Shown here piece by piece: positions 50,656-61,436 of a stretch of 64,000 nt of DNA. Positions within the stretch are counted from its first letter, which is position 1, and every line of letters starts with the position of its first letter. The notes beneath the pieces were generated by a model. That model was not told the DNA's origin. It worked only from the letters and a program-made list of their open reading frames with translations, and did no database searches. The translations under genes were made by a program, and so were the position numbers. The stretch comes from an uncultured Verrucomicrobiae bacterium (GTDB lineage: Bacteria > Verrucomicrobiota > Verrucomicrobiia > Chthoniobacterales > UBA10450), in NCBI GenBank assembly GCA_963834385.1, contig CAWIBO010000002.1:800001-864000 (forward strand), in the 5' to 3' direction.

Positions 50656-50754
50656 GATAAGGGCGCCAATTTCCACGCGGAGACCGGCCGGTTCAATGGC
50701 AGTCTGAGCGATTTCAGGCAGGCCGCCCGAAAAAGCGGCGGAAGAAGGGAGCGC

Positions 50755-51249
50755 CTAGTTGGTCCAGGCTTCCCACCGCTTCCGCATCGGCTTGGTGTAG
50801 CGGCGGACGTCGACGTCCTTGACCCGATCAACCCCGTCACGGAGCGCGTCCGCCCCGTCCTCGTAGCGCCGTTTCACCGATTTGAAGAACGGCCAGAGAA
50901 ATGGCAGCGAGACCCAGCTCCAGTCGGCGTCCGCCAACGGCAGGCGCGAGGCCAGACTCTTTTCTTCATGCTGGGAGGAATAGCGAATGGCCAGGCCGAT
51001 GGCGAGGCCCGCGGCCAGCGCACCGAGGATCATCGGGACCGGGTTTTCCCGCAGGAAAAATTCGGTTCGCTCACGTGCCACCGCCATTTTATCCCGGGTT
51101 TCGTCCCAGGCCGTCCGGCCGGTCCGGCCTTCGCCGGAGATGACATCGCCGGCATGTTCGCCCTGAAAATCAGATGGCATCCGCTCGCCGCCGGAGAGCC
51201 CGCTCCGCGGATCGTTTTTTATGAAGTTTTCGTCGTTCGGATTAATCAT
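50755..51249 (-). CDS. Hypothetical protein with ElaB/YqjD-like membrane anchor
   Basis: FLRENPVPMILGALAAGLAIG. Confidence 0.7.
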   Translation of the reverse strand: MINPNDENFIKNDPRSGLSGGERMPSDFQGEHAGDVISGEGRTGRTAWDETRDKMAVARERTEFFLRENPVPMILGALAAGLAIGLAIRYSSQHEEKSLASRLPLADADWSWVSLPFLWPFFKSVKRRYEDGADALRDGVDRVKDVDVRRYTKPMRKRWEAWTN

Positions 51250-51353
51250 ATATTAGTTTCGAACCTCAGCGCCTCTTTGCGTCCTTCGATTCGCCCTCCG
51301 GCGACCGGCCGGTCGACGTCTTCGAGGGAGGAGGGAGGGTTAAAGGAGAATAT

Positions 51354-51875
51354 ATGGAAGAAAAACCAAAAGAACAGGATCGGGAGAATCGGGATCCCAT
51401 CACCGGACAACCGGGCTCACACCCGATGGGTGCCGGGCTTGGGGCCGCGGGCGGCGGCGTGGCCGGGGCCGCGATTGGGGCGGCCGTGGGCGGTCCGCTC
51501 GGGGCGGCGGTTGGCGCGGTCGTGGGCGGCGTGGCGGGCGCCTTTGGCGGCCGCGGCGTGGCCGAGGCCATGCACCCGACGCATGAGGAAAGCTACTGGC
51601 GGGAGCACCATTATCATCAGCCCTCTTCCTCGGATAAATTCTCGTTCGAGGATTTCGAGCCGGCCTACCGGACCGGTTACGAGGGCGTGCTGAAGTATGC
51701 CGGGCAGCGCTATGAAGATATTGAGGGCGACCTGGCGCTGGACTACGAGCGCAACCGGGCCGGCTCCGCCCTGCCCTGGGACGAGGCACGCCATGCCACC
51801 CGGGCCGCCTTCTCCAAGGTGAGCAATGTGGTCGCGCCCCGCGATACCTCGCGCGGGATGCGCGGCGGAATCTAG
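51354..51875 (+). CDS. Glycine-zipper hypothetical protein
   Basis: NRDPITG..GAAGGGVAGAAIG..; EESYWRE, PAYRTGY; AAGGAG RBS. Confidence 0.85.
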   Translation: MEEKPKEQDRENRDPITGQPGSHPMGAGLGAAGGGVAGAAIGAAVGGPLGAAVGAVVGGVAGAFGGRGVAEAMHPTHEESYWREHHYHQPSSSDKFSFEDFEPAYRTGYEGVLKYAGQRYEDIEGDLALDYERNRAGSALPWDEARHATRAAFSKVSNVVAPRDTSRGMRGGI

Positions 51876-51896
51876 GGCGCCGCGCCGACGGGAGCG

Positions 51897-52562
51897 TTAC
51901 GCCGCAGCCACGGCCGCGGCGGGGGCGGTGTATTCATCGACCAGGGCGAGAAACGGGTCGATATCGAAAGGCTTGGTCAGGTAGTTGCGCGCACCGGCCC
52001 CGAGAAGACGCTCGATCTGGCTCGAGGTGGCGTCGGCGCTCAGCACCACGACCGCGATGTCCCGGGTGCTGCCCTGCAGTTGCAGCGCCTGGAGCACGTC
52101 GGAGCCATGCATGTCCGGCAGGTTCAGGTCGAGGAGGATCAGCTTCGGCTGCAGGCTGCGCGCCATCTCGAGTCCGGCAGCGCCGTGGGTGGCGTGAAGA
52201 ACCTTCAGCTCCGGTCGGAATTCCAGGATCCGGGCCACGAGGGTGAAGTTCACCATGTCATCTTCAATGTAGAGAACGTCGCACGCCGGCGCTTCCTCCT
52301 CGCCTCCCGGGAGCATGCGCATCCCGGGGGCCGAGCCGCCCAGTTCGCTCTCGATCACCTGGAGCAGGTCGCGCGCGGAACGAAGAATCTGCTGCACGTC
52401 GCCGGTATGGCGGTAATTCGCCGGACGGAGGGAAAGCAGCTCGGCGAATCCGATGATGGCGTTTAACGGGGTGCGCAGTTTTTCGCTCAGCTTCTCGCAA
52501 AACTCCGGCGTTGCCCCCGGTTGCGCGTTTTTATCGTCTGTCTTCCGTTCCATCGTCATCAT
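51897..52562 (-). CDS. His-less HisKA-like segment fused directly to a receiver domain
   Basis: LSEKLRTPLNAIIGFAELL, then YIEDD, LLDLNLPD, SADA, TKPF. Confidence 0.85.
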   Translation of the reverse strand: MMTMERKTDDKNAQPGATPEFCEKLSEKLRTPLNAIIGFAELLSLRPANYRHTGDVQQILRSARDLLQVIESELGGSAPGMRMLPGGEEEAPACDVLYIEDDMVNFTLVARILEFRPELKVLHATHGAAGLEMARSLQPKLILLDLNLPDMHGSDVLQALQLQGSTRDIAVVVLSADATSSQIERLLGAGARNYLTKPFDIDPFLALVDEYTAPAAAVAAA

Positions 52563-52569
52563 TCCACGT

Positions 52570-53740
52570 TTAGCCAAAGGCAGTCAGGACCGGGCTGTCC
52601 AGTTGGAGCCCGGAAGGTTCGTCAAAAGTCTGGTAGCGAAGCTTCTTCAGCATGTCGATGTCGCGCCGCATCTTGTTCTTGTGCGCGCAGTAGATCAGCG
52701 CCGTCTCGTCGCTGATCAGGTCCTTCTTGTAGGCGTCGAGCAGGTTCTGGTCGAAACTGTGCCAGCCCATCGTTCCGCCGGCCTCGATGATCTCATGGAA
52801 GGTCCGGTTCTCGCCCTCGCCGTAGAGCAGCGTCTCCCGGGTGCGCAGGCTGCTCCCCATGATCTCGGTCACCAGGAGCCGGCCTCCCTCATTCTTGTTC
52901 ACCAGCCGCTGGCTCACCACGTAGCGGACCGTGTCGGCCAGGCGCTGGCGAACCTGCTGTTCCTCGTCCTTGGAGAACATGCCGAGGATGCGGTTGATCG
53001 TCTGCCCCGCGTTGATCGTATGCATCGTGGTGAAGACAATGTGGCCCGTCTCCGACGCAGTCAGGGCAATCTCCATCGTCTCACGGTCACGAATTTCACC
53101 GACGAGGATCGCTTTCGGCGCCTGCCGCAACGCCGCGCGCAGCCCGGTGGCGAAGTCGGGGAAATCCTTGCCCAGTTCACGCTGGCTGAAGAGCGCTTCC
53201 TGGTGCGGATGCAGAAATTCAATCGGATCCTCCAGGGTCAGGATGTGCACCCGCTGGGTCCGGTTCAGCTCGTTCAGGATGGCGGCCAGGGTCGTGGTCT
53301 TGCCGCTCCCGGTCGCGCCGGTCACGAAGATGATCCCATTCTTCTCCATGGTCATTTCCTGGAAAATGGGGGGAAGCCCGAGGCCTTCGAGGGTCGGGAT
53401 CTCGGTCTGCAGCTTGCGCATGACGATGGAGGGTCGCCCGTTCTGCCGGAAAATATTCACGCGAAAACGGGCCACGCCCGGGAGCGCATAACTGCAGTCG
53501 CACGATCCCGCCCGGGTCAGGTCGCCGGTCAGCCGCTCTTCCCCGGCGGTGACATGGCGTCCGATCATGTCGATGTGCTCCTCGCCCGAGGACAAAACCG
53601 GGCGGATCGATCGGGAACTCCTCCAGGGCGCCGTGCTGCTCCACCATGGGAGGCTTGCCGACCGCGAAGAGCAGGTCGGACACGCCGGCATGGCTCTGCA
53701 CCATGGCTGTAAGCAGGGCATCTATGGTTTCAGGACTCAC
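52570..53740 (-). CDS. pilT: PilT/PilU-family pilus retraction ATPase; +1 frameshift near 53586
   Basis: SDLLFAVGKPP, RFRVNIF, GATGSGKTTT, TLEDPIEF, LVGEIRD, ETGH. Confidence 0.88.
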
Positions 53741-53766
53741 GGAGAAGCTTTCGAGCCTTCTTCCAT

Positions 53767-53782
53767 AGCGGAAACCGTGCCT
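53767..53782 (-). promoter_or_regulatory. Candidate sigma54 promoter of pilT
   Basis: Minus strand AGGCACGGTTTCCGCT = GG-N10-GC; -12 element is weak. Confidence 0.45.
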
Positions 53783-53802
53783 CGCGGACCCCCGCGACCG
53801 AA

Positions 53803-56329
53803 TTAGCGCCACTCGTGTTTCGGATACCGCCGCTGCAGTTCCTTTTTCAGTTTCGGGTAGGTCTCCTTCCAGAAACCCCCCAGGTCCTCCGTTACCTGGA
53901 TCGGGCGATGATTTGGGGCCAGGATTTCCAGGCGCAACGGGATCCGGCCACGCCCCAGCGCCAGGCTTCGGTCCACGCCGTAGAGGTCCTGGATCCGCGC
54001 CGCCACCGTCGGGGGCAAACCCGGCCGGTAACTCACCCGGGCCATTCTCCCGCCGGGGAGTTTGACCCGCTCGGGAGCCAGTTCCTCCAGCGCCTGCAAG
54101 TTGGCCCGGGCTGAGCCAGGCCCGCAGTGTCGGCCAGACCGGCCGTTCTTTGATCTCCTTGTAGCCGGTTGCACCCTGGCAGATTTGTTCGAGAAGCAGC
54201 TCGCGGTCGGAGGGGCCCAGCGCGGGCAGATGCGCCTCCGGGAATCGCGTGGCGGCAAAGTTGAGCCGCTCGATCCATTGTTCCACCTCGTGGTTCCAGT
54301 TCTTCAGGACCAGGTTCCCGGCCGTTACTTCGCGGGCGAGCAGCGCCGCCGCTTTCGCCGGGTTCACCTTCTCCGAAATTTTCTCGGCCAGCACCAGGTC
54401 GTGGAAAAGAAGGCGTTCGCGCGCCGTGACCCGGCGCGTGCCCGGGATCGAAGACCGTTTCCGTGGCCTCGGCGTAGCCCGCCAGCTCCTCAAGCCAGGC
54501 GGGCTTGATCGCCGTGGCCAGGGTGAGCAGAACTTCGCGGTCGCCCGCGCCCGTCTCGATCTCGCGAATCTCGGAAGCGACCAGCAGTTCGGCTTCGCGC
54601 ACGGCGCTTTCACGCGCCAGAACCCCGCGCCGTCCGTGCACCAGCGCGCAGCGGAGCGTGCCGCGATCGAGCCGCACCGCCACCTGGTCCGGGAAACCCG
54701 GCCAGGGTGCATCGCTCCAGGGCATCCGGCCCTGTCTCCGTTTCCTCCACCGACAACCGCTGCTCCCGCGCAATGCGCAGAAACTGTTCCCAGAGTTGCG
54801 CCGCCTCGCGCGCGGCCGCGGCGTTGATCCCCAGTTTTGCGCAACGCTGCGGCTGGAAATTGTTTTTCTCCGCGAAGCGAAACGCGCGGATGAGGGTGAA
54901 CAGGTCGGAGGTGCCTGCGCTCGCGAAAAGATCCTCGCGGTCTTCGCGGGCCTGTTTGCTCTCCAGCCGGCGCAACAAATTTCGTCCCTGGGTCAGCGCC
55001 GCCACCAGCGCAATCGCGCGCACGCATTTTTCCTGTTCCGCCGCGAGGAGCATCCGCGCGTAACGGGGATGCACCGGGAACGCCAGCATGCGGCGGCCAA
55101 GCGGGGTGATTTTTCCCTGGGCCACCGCGCCCAGGTCGAAGAGGAGCTGCTCCGCCCGGCGCAGCGCCCGTTCCTCGGGCGCCTCCAGCCACCGGAACGC
55201 GGCCACCTCTTCCACCCCCGTCGCCTTGAGCGTCAGGACCACCTCGGCGAGGTCCAGCCGTTTCACCTCCGGAAGTTCCTGGGCCGGGCGTTCCAAATGT
55301 TCTCGCTCCGTCCAGAGCCGCAGGCAATGACCCGGCGCGGTCCGGCCCGCCCGGCCGGCCCGCTGCTCGGCCGCAGCCCGGCTGATCTTCTCCACCAGGA
55401 GGGTGTTGATTCCCCGGCGGGCGTCGAACCGCGCGATCCGCGCCAGGCCGCTGTCGATCACGGTCCGCACCCCCTCGATCGTCAGGGAAGTTTCCGCCAC
55501 GTTGGTGGCGACGATCGCCTTGCGCTTCTCATACCGGGCCAGGGCGGCATCCTGTTCCGCCGGGGTCAGCTCGCCGTAGAGCGGCAGGGCCACAAACTGC
55601 CCGCCAACCGGCGAGGCGGAAATGGCGGCCAGGGTGCGCTGGATCTCGTATTTGCCCGGCATGAAAACCAGGACGTCCCCCTTGGTGCTGCGCGCGATCC
55701 GGCTCAGTTCATCCGCGCGCCAGATCCCAGACCGGGTAGTCATCGCCGCGCACCGGCCGGTCGAGATACTCGACGGTGACCGGGTGCTGGCGCCCGGCCG
55801 AGGCGAGGATGGGACAGGGCGCGAGAAACTTCTCGAGCCGGTCGGTCTCCAGGGTCGCGGACATGACGATGATCCGAAGATCGGGGCGCGCACCGGCCTG
55901 GAGATCGAGGGCGCGGGCCAGGGTGATGTCGCCGTAGAGATGCCGCTCGTGAAACTCGTCGAAGATCAGGACGCCCACCTCGCGCAGGGTCGGGTCGTCA
56001 ATCAATTGGCGCAGCAGGACGCCCTCGGTGACAAACCGAATGCGCGTCTCCCGCGAGGTGACATTCTCGAACCGGATCTGATAACCGACCTCCGCCCCGA
56101 TTCGGCCCCGCCGCTCGGCGGCCACGCGTTGCGCGAGCAGACGGGTCGCGAGTCGCCGCGGTTGCAGGACCACGATGGAACCGGCTCCCGGCACCCCGTG
56201 GTCGAGCAGGATTTGCGGCACCTGGGTCGATTTCCCGGAACCGGTCGGCGCCTGCAGGATCAGCCGCGGTTTGTGGCGAAGTGCGGAGACGATGGAGTCT
56301 TCCAGTTCGTAGATCGGGAGGCGCTCCAT
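53803..56329 (-). CDS. hrpB: ATP-dependent RNA helicase HrpB; several frameshifts (~55715, ~54695, ~54450-54480, ~54100-54120)
   Basis: APTGSGKST, DEFHER, MSAT, TNVAETS, QRAGRAGR, RYPKHEW spread over consecutive frames. Confidence 0.9.
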
Positions 56330-56337
56330 CGGGAACG

Positions 56338-56369
56338 GAACGTCGAACGCCCAACGCCGAACGTCCAAC
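56338..56369 (+). repeat. Heptamer tandem repeat (SAACGYC x4)
   Basis: gaacgtc gaacgcc caacgcc gaacgtc caac. Confidence 0.75.
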
Positions 56370-56649
56370 ACCTTACGGAGGCCGGGTTTGTAACCCGGCA
56401 GTTTTCCCTTTTCTTCCCTTTCTCGCCGGTTGAAAACCCGGCCTCCATACCGTCGGCTTAAAACACGAGCGCGTTGACCAGCGCGTTCCCGACCCCGACC
56501 AAGGCGGCCGTCCACCACCTTACGGAGGCCGGGTTTGTAACCCGGCATTTTCCCGTTTTCTTCGCCGGGTTGAAAACCCGGCCTCCATACCGTCGGCTTA
56601 AAACACGAGCGCGTTGACCAGCGCGTTCCCGACCCCGACCAGGGCGGCC
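56362..56649. repeat. Tandem ~145-bp duplication containing a REP-like inverted-repeat pair and the 3' end of the OPT gene
   Basis: Copies at ~56362-56509 and ~56509-56649; each has GGAGGCCGGGTTT...AAACCCGGCCTCC and encodes AALVGVGNALVNALVF* on the minus strand. Confidence 0.92.
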
Positions 56650-58584
56650 CCGGCGATGAGGCCGGCGCAGATCGGTTCCAGCCCTTCCACCCAGAGACGG
56701 TGACCGGGGGTGCCGGGCTGCTGGCCGCGGCCGCGCCACCAGAAAAAGAGGCCGCCCAGCCACATGGTGAAGCAGTACTCGGGCGGCAGGATGACGCCGA
56801 GACCGATTGAGACCGAGGAAAGCGGGAACGGTTTCCGCCGGATGATGGTCATGATCTCGATAAACGCGGCGAAGAGCGCCGCCACCGCCATGGAAACCAC
56901 GGCGGAGGTGGGCAAACTGGAGATTCCCCGCGCGATAAGGTCGGCCACGCCTTTCCACTGGAGGGCCGCCGGCATGGGAAACTGTTCCGAGGCGATGGTC
57001 GCGGCGGAAAGCGCGCCCGTCGCGTCCGGGCGCAGGAAAAGAACAAAGAAGAGCGGCGTGGCCGCGAGCGCGCCCGCGAAAATGCCGATGACATGACCCA
57101 TGGCCTGCTGGCGCGGTTTCGCGCCGAGCATGTAACCCGGCTTGATATCGGAAAGGAGGTTGCCGGCGTTGGAGGCCACCTCCGCCGTCATCCCGGCGGT
57201 GATGAGGTTCGAAGCCGGGTTGGTCCGGTCAATCGCCCCGATGGTGAACTGCGTGATCTTGCTCAGCGAACCCGTCGGCGTCCACGAGGTCAGCGCCATC
57301 GAGTTCGTGCAGATAACGGTCAGGACAATGATCAGCGGCAGGGAAAGCAGGGCGAGCCAGAAGGGAACGCCAAAGAAAATGTGCGTGAGCCAGCAGCCAA
57401 ACACGCTCACCAGGGGCACGCCGACATAGGAGATCCAGAGGGGGACTTCGATGTGCTTGAGGACGTCGCCGTTCTTCGGCTTGTCCTTCTCCGAGCGGCG
57501 AAGGTTCTTGAAGACGCTGGTGAAAATTTCCGGCTTCCCGGCCAGCGCGATCAGTGAACCGACCACCATCATGGTCACGCCCCACCAGAGGGACCATTGG
57601 TTCACGATTTCCGCCCGGTTCAGCGGCACGATCGACCCGTCGGCCGCCGTCCGCGCAACGATGTCGCCCCGGGCGATCATGATCGGAGCGAGGACGAGGA
57701 AGTTTACCGCGGCGCCAAGCATCACGCTGGTGGCGACGCGGATGCCCATGAGCCCGCCCACGCCGAGCATGGCGGCGTCGAGGGTCAGGCGAAGACCGAG
57801 CGTGCGAAAATCGGTCCCGAGAATCTTCGGGATGCCCAGCTCCCACTTGGCCGCGAGAGCATAATAATATTCATCGAGCCGCTCGTGAAAAGTCCAGGGC
57901 TCGGTCCAGCCCCGCCAGCGATCAAGTCGCAGGAGCCGGAACTGCGCCAGACGTTGCAGGCCGTCGCTGATGAAAAACTGGTAAAGGCCGGTGAGACCGG
58001 CCGTGATCCCGAGCAGCCTGGCCTTGTACATGCCTTCGTCGGCCGCGCCGTGATAAAGGGCGTCCAGGACCACGCCACAGGCGCGGCCCTCCGGGAAAGG
58101 GCAGCTGGTCTTCGTTGATGAACCGGCGTTTGAGCGGAAAAGCGACCAGCACGCCCACGATCGACATCACCGACATCCAGACCAGCATCTGCCACCAGGG
58201 CACGATGATGTTGGTCACCATCATGTAGGCCGCCAGGCTCGAGATCAGCGGCACGGTCATGTAGCCGGCCGCGGTCGCGATCGATTGCATGGCGTTGTTC
58301 TCCAGGATGGTGAAATCCTTGCCCAGACCGACGCGCGCCATCGCCCGGTAAAGGGCAAACGCGAGGATCACCGAGGTCAGCCCCACCCCGAGAGTGACCC
58401 CGGTCTTGCCGCCGACATAGAGATTGGTCGCGGAAAGAATCCCGCCGAGCAGAAAACCGGTCAGCCCCGAGCGCAGGGTGAGCTGCGGCAGATCGCCGCG
58501 ATAAACGTTCTCCAGCCACCAGCGGTCTTTTTGTTCCCGGGTCCAGGTGCGGGTTTGTTCGTCCGTCAGATGCGCAAGAGCCAT
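56598..58584 (-). CDS. OPT-family oligopeptide transporter; +1 frameshift near 58095
   Basis: QLTLRS, NLYVGGKTG, LENNAMQSIATAAG, LPFP|EG, DIKPGYMLGAKPRQQ. Confidence 0.9.
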
Positions 58585-58636
58585 GGCGGCCCATACCTCA
58601 CCCGTTCCCGCGGCCCGCGTAAACCGAAATTTTCGG

Positions 58637-59417
58637 TCAGGCCGGCACCCCGGGCTTGTGGATCAAGCCCAGCCCGCAGGCATCCTTGTAAGGCGGCCGC
58701 GGCAGGGACATCGCGCGGGACCGGCCATTGAGCAGAAATGTTTCCGCCTCGGGATGCTGCTGCCGCCATTCGCGAAAGGCTCTCCCCACCCCGCCTTCCC
58801 GCGTCACGTCGAAATCGACCGCGAACTCGCTCACGTCGTGCAGCATCATCAGTCCGCCCACCTCGAGGGCCGGGTACCAGAGCGCCAGTTCCTCCATCGT
58901 CTGCCCGTACTCGTGCGAGCTGTCGATGATCACCAGTTCCGGTGCGCCGCCGAGATACGCCGCGGCCTTCCGCCGGCGCGGAGGAATCGCGCGAGTTTAC
59001 CATCTCCACCTGCACGAAATCCTGGAGGCCGGCGCGTTGCAGCCATCGGCGCGACAGTTCACCCAGCTCCGGGTCAATCTCGAGCGTGAACAGGCCCCGG
59101 GCCGCCCCCATGCGCCGGAGCATGAACCCAAGCAGGAGCGACGAGTACCCCGCATGCGTGCCGAGCTGGACGATCCGCGCCAGCCGGTTTCCCGTGACCA
59201 GGCCCTGCAGGAGCGCGATCAGCGGCACCACGCACTCGCCGATCTGGCCGCTCCGGTCGGTCTCATCAAACCAGGCGCGCACAATCTCCCACTCCTCATC
59301 GTTGAGATCGGAGTAAATCGGCGGGACAAAATTCATCCCGGGCAGGCGATGCCACCAGTAACGCGGGTGTTCGCGTTCGCCCCAGGACCGGGAACGTTCG
59401 TCGTTATTCCGGTTCAC
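58637..59417 (-). CDS. Class I SAM methyltransferase (Methyltransf_24-like); +1 frameshift near 58970
   Basis: IVQLGTHAGYS, IIDSSHEY, GGLMMLHD; GTGA overlap with the pdxH stop. Confidence 0.8.
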
Positions 59418-60061
59418 GGCGCCAGGCGTTCGATGCTCCATTCCTCCCCCGCGTCACGCCGGTAACGGAAACGGTCGTGCAACCGGTTCGGGCGTCCCTG
59501 CCAGAATTCGACCCGGTCCGGCAGGATCCGGTAACCGCCCCAGTTCGACGGGAGGGGAACCTCGTTCCCCTCGTGTTGCGCCGTTAGCTTCTCCAGCTCC
59601 GCTTCGAGCACGGCCCGGTCCCTGATCACCCGGCTCTGCCGGGAGACGGAGGCGCCCAGCTGGCTGCCGCGGGGCCGGGCATGAAAATAACGTTCCGATT
59701 CCTCCCGCGAAACGCGCGCGACGCGGCCCTCGAGGCGGACCTGCCGCTCCAGTTGCGGCCAGAAAAAAACGGCGGCGCAGGCGGGGTTCTCCTCCAGCTG
59801 CCGGCCTTTGTCGCTCTCGTAGTTGGTGAAAAAGGTGAACCCGTCCTCGTTGAAACCTTTGAGGAGGACGACCCGCGCAGCCGGTGCGCCGCCGGGTCCG
59901 ATCGTGGCCAGGGTCATGGCGTTGGCGTCGCGCAGGCCCGTCTCGACCGCGGCGGTGAACCAGAGCGCGAACTGTTTTACCGGGTCGGGATCAAGATCGG
60001 CCCGGCGCAGGCCGCGCGCGGCATACTCGGTGCGTAGACTGGCGATCTCGGCGGGATCCAC
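59414..60061 (-). CDS. pdxH: Pyridoxamine 5'-phosphate oxidase
   Basis: ARVVLLKG, FTNYESDKG, RQVRLEG, EFWQGRPNRLHDR. Confidence 0.97.
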   Translation of the reverse strand: MDPAEIASLRTEYAARGLRRADLDPDPVKQFALWFTAAVETGLRDANAMTLATIGPGGAPAARVVLLKGFNEDGFTFFTNYESDKGRQLEENPACAAVFFWPQLERQVRLEGRVARVSREESERYFHARPRGSQLGASVSRQSRVIRDRAVLEAELEKLTAQHEGNEVPLPSNWGGYRILPDRVEFWQGRPNRLHDRFRYRRDAGEEWSIERLAP

Positions 60062-60092
60062 GTTCTTCTTCTAGGCCATTTCCCGGCACGGG

Positions 60093-61419
60093 TTAAAGCT
60101 GGGAACGAAACGGGATGGCGAGAAACTCGGTGGCCCGCTCGAGAAGCGAGCGGTTGTAAAACTCGCCCAGGGTGTATTCGCGCGACTTTTCCAGGTCCCG
60201 GGCAAAAGACCTCCTCCATGGTCCGGCCGAAACCTGCACGTCGTAGACCACCAGGTCCAGCTCCTCGTTGATCTCAGAGGAGCGCGCATCAAGGTTGGAG
60301 GAGCCGATCATGGAAAAGAGTCCATCCACCACCATGGTCTTCGAGTGGATCATGGTCGGCTGGTACTCATAGATCCGGACACCGCCCTCCAGCAGCTTGC
60401 CGTAGGCGGTGCGGCCGGCTGATTGCGTCAACGGCTGGTCGTTGTGCGGGCCGGGCAGGAGCAACCGGACATCCACGCCGCGCGCCACCGCTTTCACCAA
60501 CAGCTCCACCTGGTCGTCGGTCGGCGTGCAATAGGGATTGGCAATCCAGATCCGCTTCAGGGCTGCGGAAAAAGCCGCGGCCTGCACCAGGGGGATCGGC
60601 GCATAGGAAAACGAGGTGGAGGTCACGATCTGCGCCTTCTGCGTGCCCACGCGGGGCAAAGCCCGGGAATTGGCCCGCCCCGGTCAGCGCTTCGCCGTAA
60701 CTCTTGATCCAGTGTCCCTGGAAAGCGGCCTGGAGCGCCGCCACCACCGGTCCCTCCATCTTCACGTGCGTGTCCCGCCAATGGTCCGGGTCCTGCGCGT
60801 TCCCGGACCACTCGTCGGAAAAAGCCGCCCCGCCGGTGAACCCGACCTTTCCGTCAACCACGAGCACGCGCCGGTGCGAACGCCGGTTGGTCCGGTCGAG
60901 TCGCCACGAGGAAAGCGGGTGGTAATAGGCGAACTTGCATCCGGCTTCCTCCATCATCCGGACATCGGAATTATCCAGCGACCAGCCAGAGCCGATCCCG
61001 TCGAGCAGTACGCGCACGGCCACCCCGGCCCGCGCGCGTTCGCAGAGCGCATCCCGGAAAAGATGCCCGGTGGCGTCCGACTTCATGATGTAAGACTCGA
61101 AGTTGACGGTCTCCTTCGCGCCGCGGATGGCTTCGAGCATGGCCGGAAAATATTCGTCCCCGTTCTGCAGCAGCTCGAACCTGTTCCCCTCGATCGGCAC
61201 CGGATGACTCATGGCCAGGGCCGACCCAAAAAACTCGGGCGCCTCCACGGTGAATCCGTGTTCCAGCCGGATCTCCACCGTCTGGCGCCGGACAAATAGA
61301 AGTGCGAAGACCACGACCAACCCCAGCACGGTCAGCGTCAGCGAAACCCATTCCCCCAGGGTGAGCTTCCAGTATTTCCGGTTCAGCCAATCGGAGGCTG
61401 CGGCGCTTTTGCGTGCCAT
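60093..61419 (-). CDS. cls: Cardiolipin synthase-like phospholipase D; frameshift near 60665 plus a compensated shift at ~60205-60240
   Basis: LQNGDEYF, SHRRVLVVDG, WRDTH, NPY, IHSKTMVVDG, GSSNLDARS. Confidence 0.85.
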
Positions 61420-61436
61420 CCCTTTTAATCGTGCCG

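Noticed and set aside
56338..56649. CRISPR array
   Set aside because: Only two long units containing coding sequence; no unique spacers and no cas genes.
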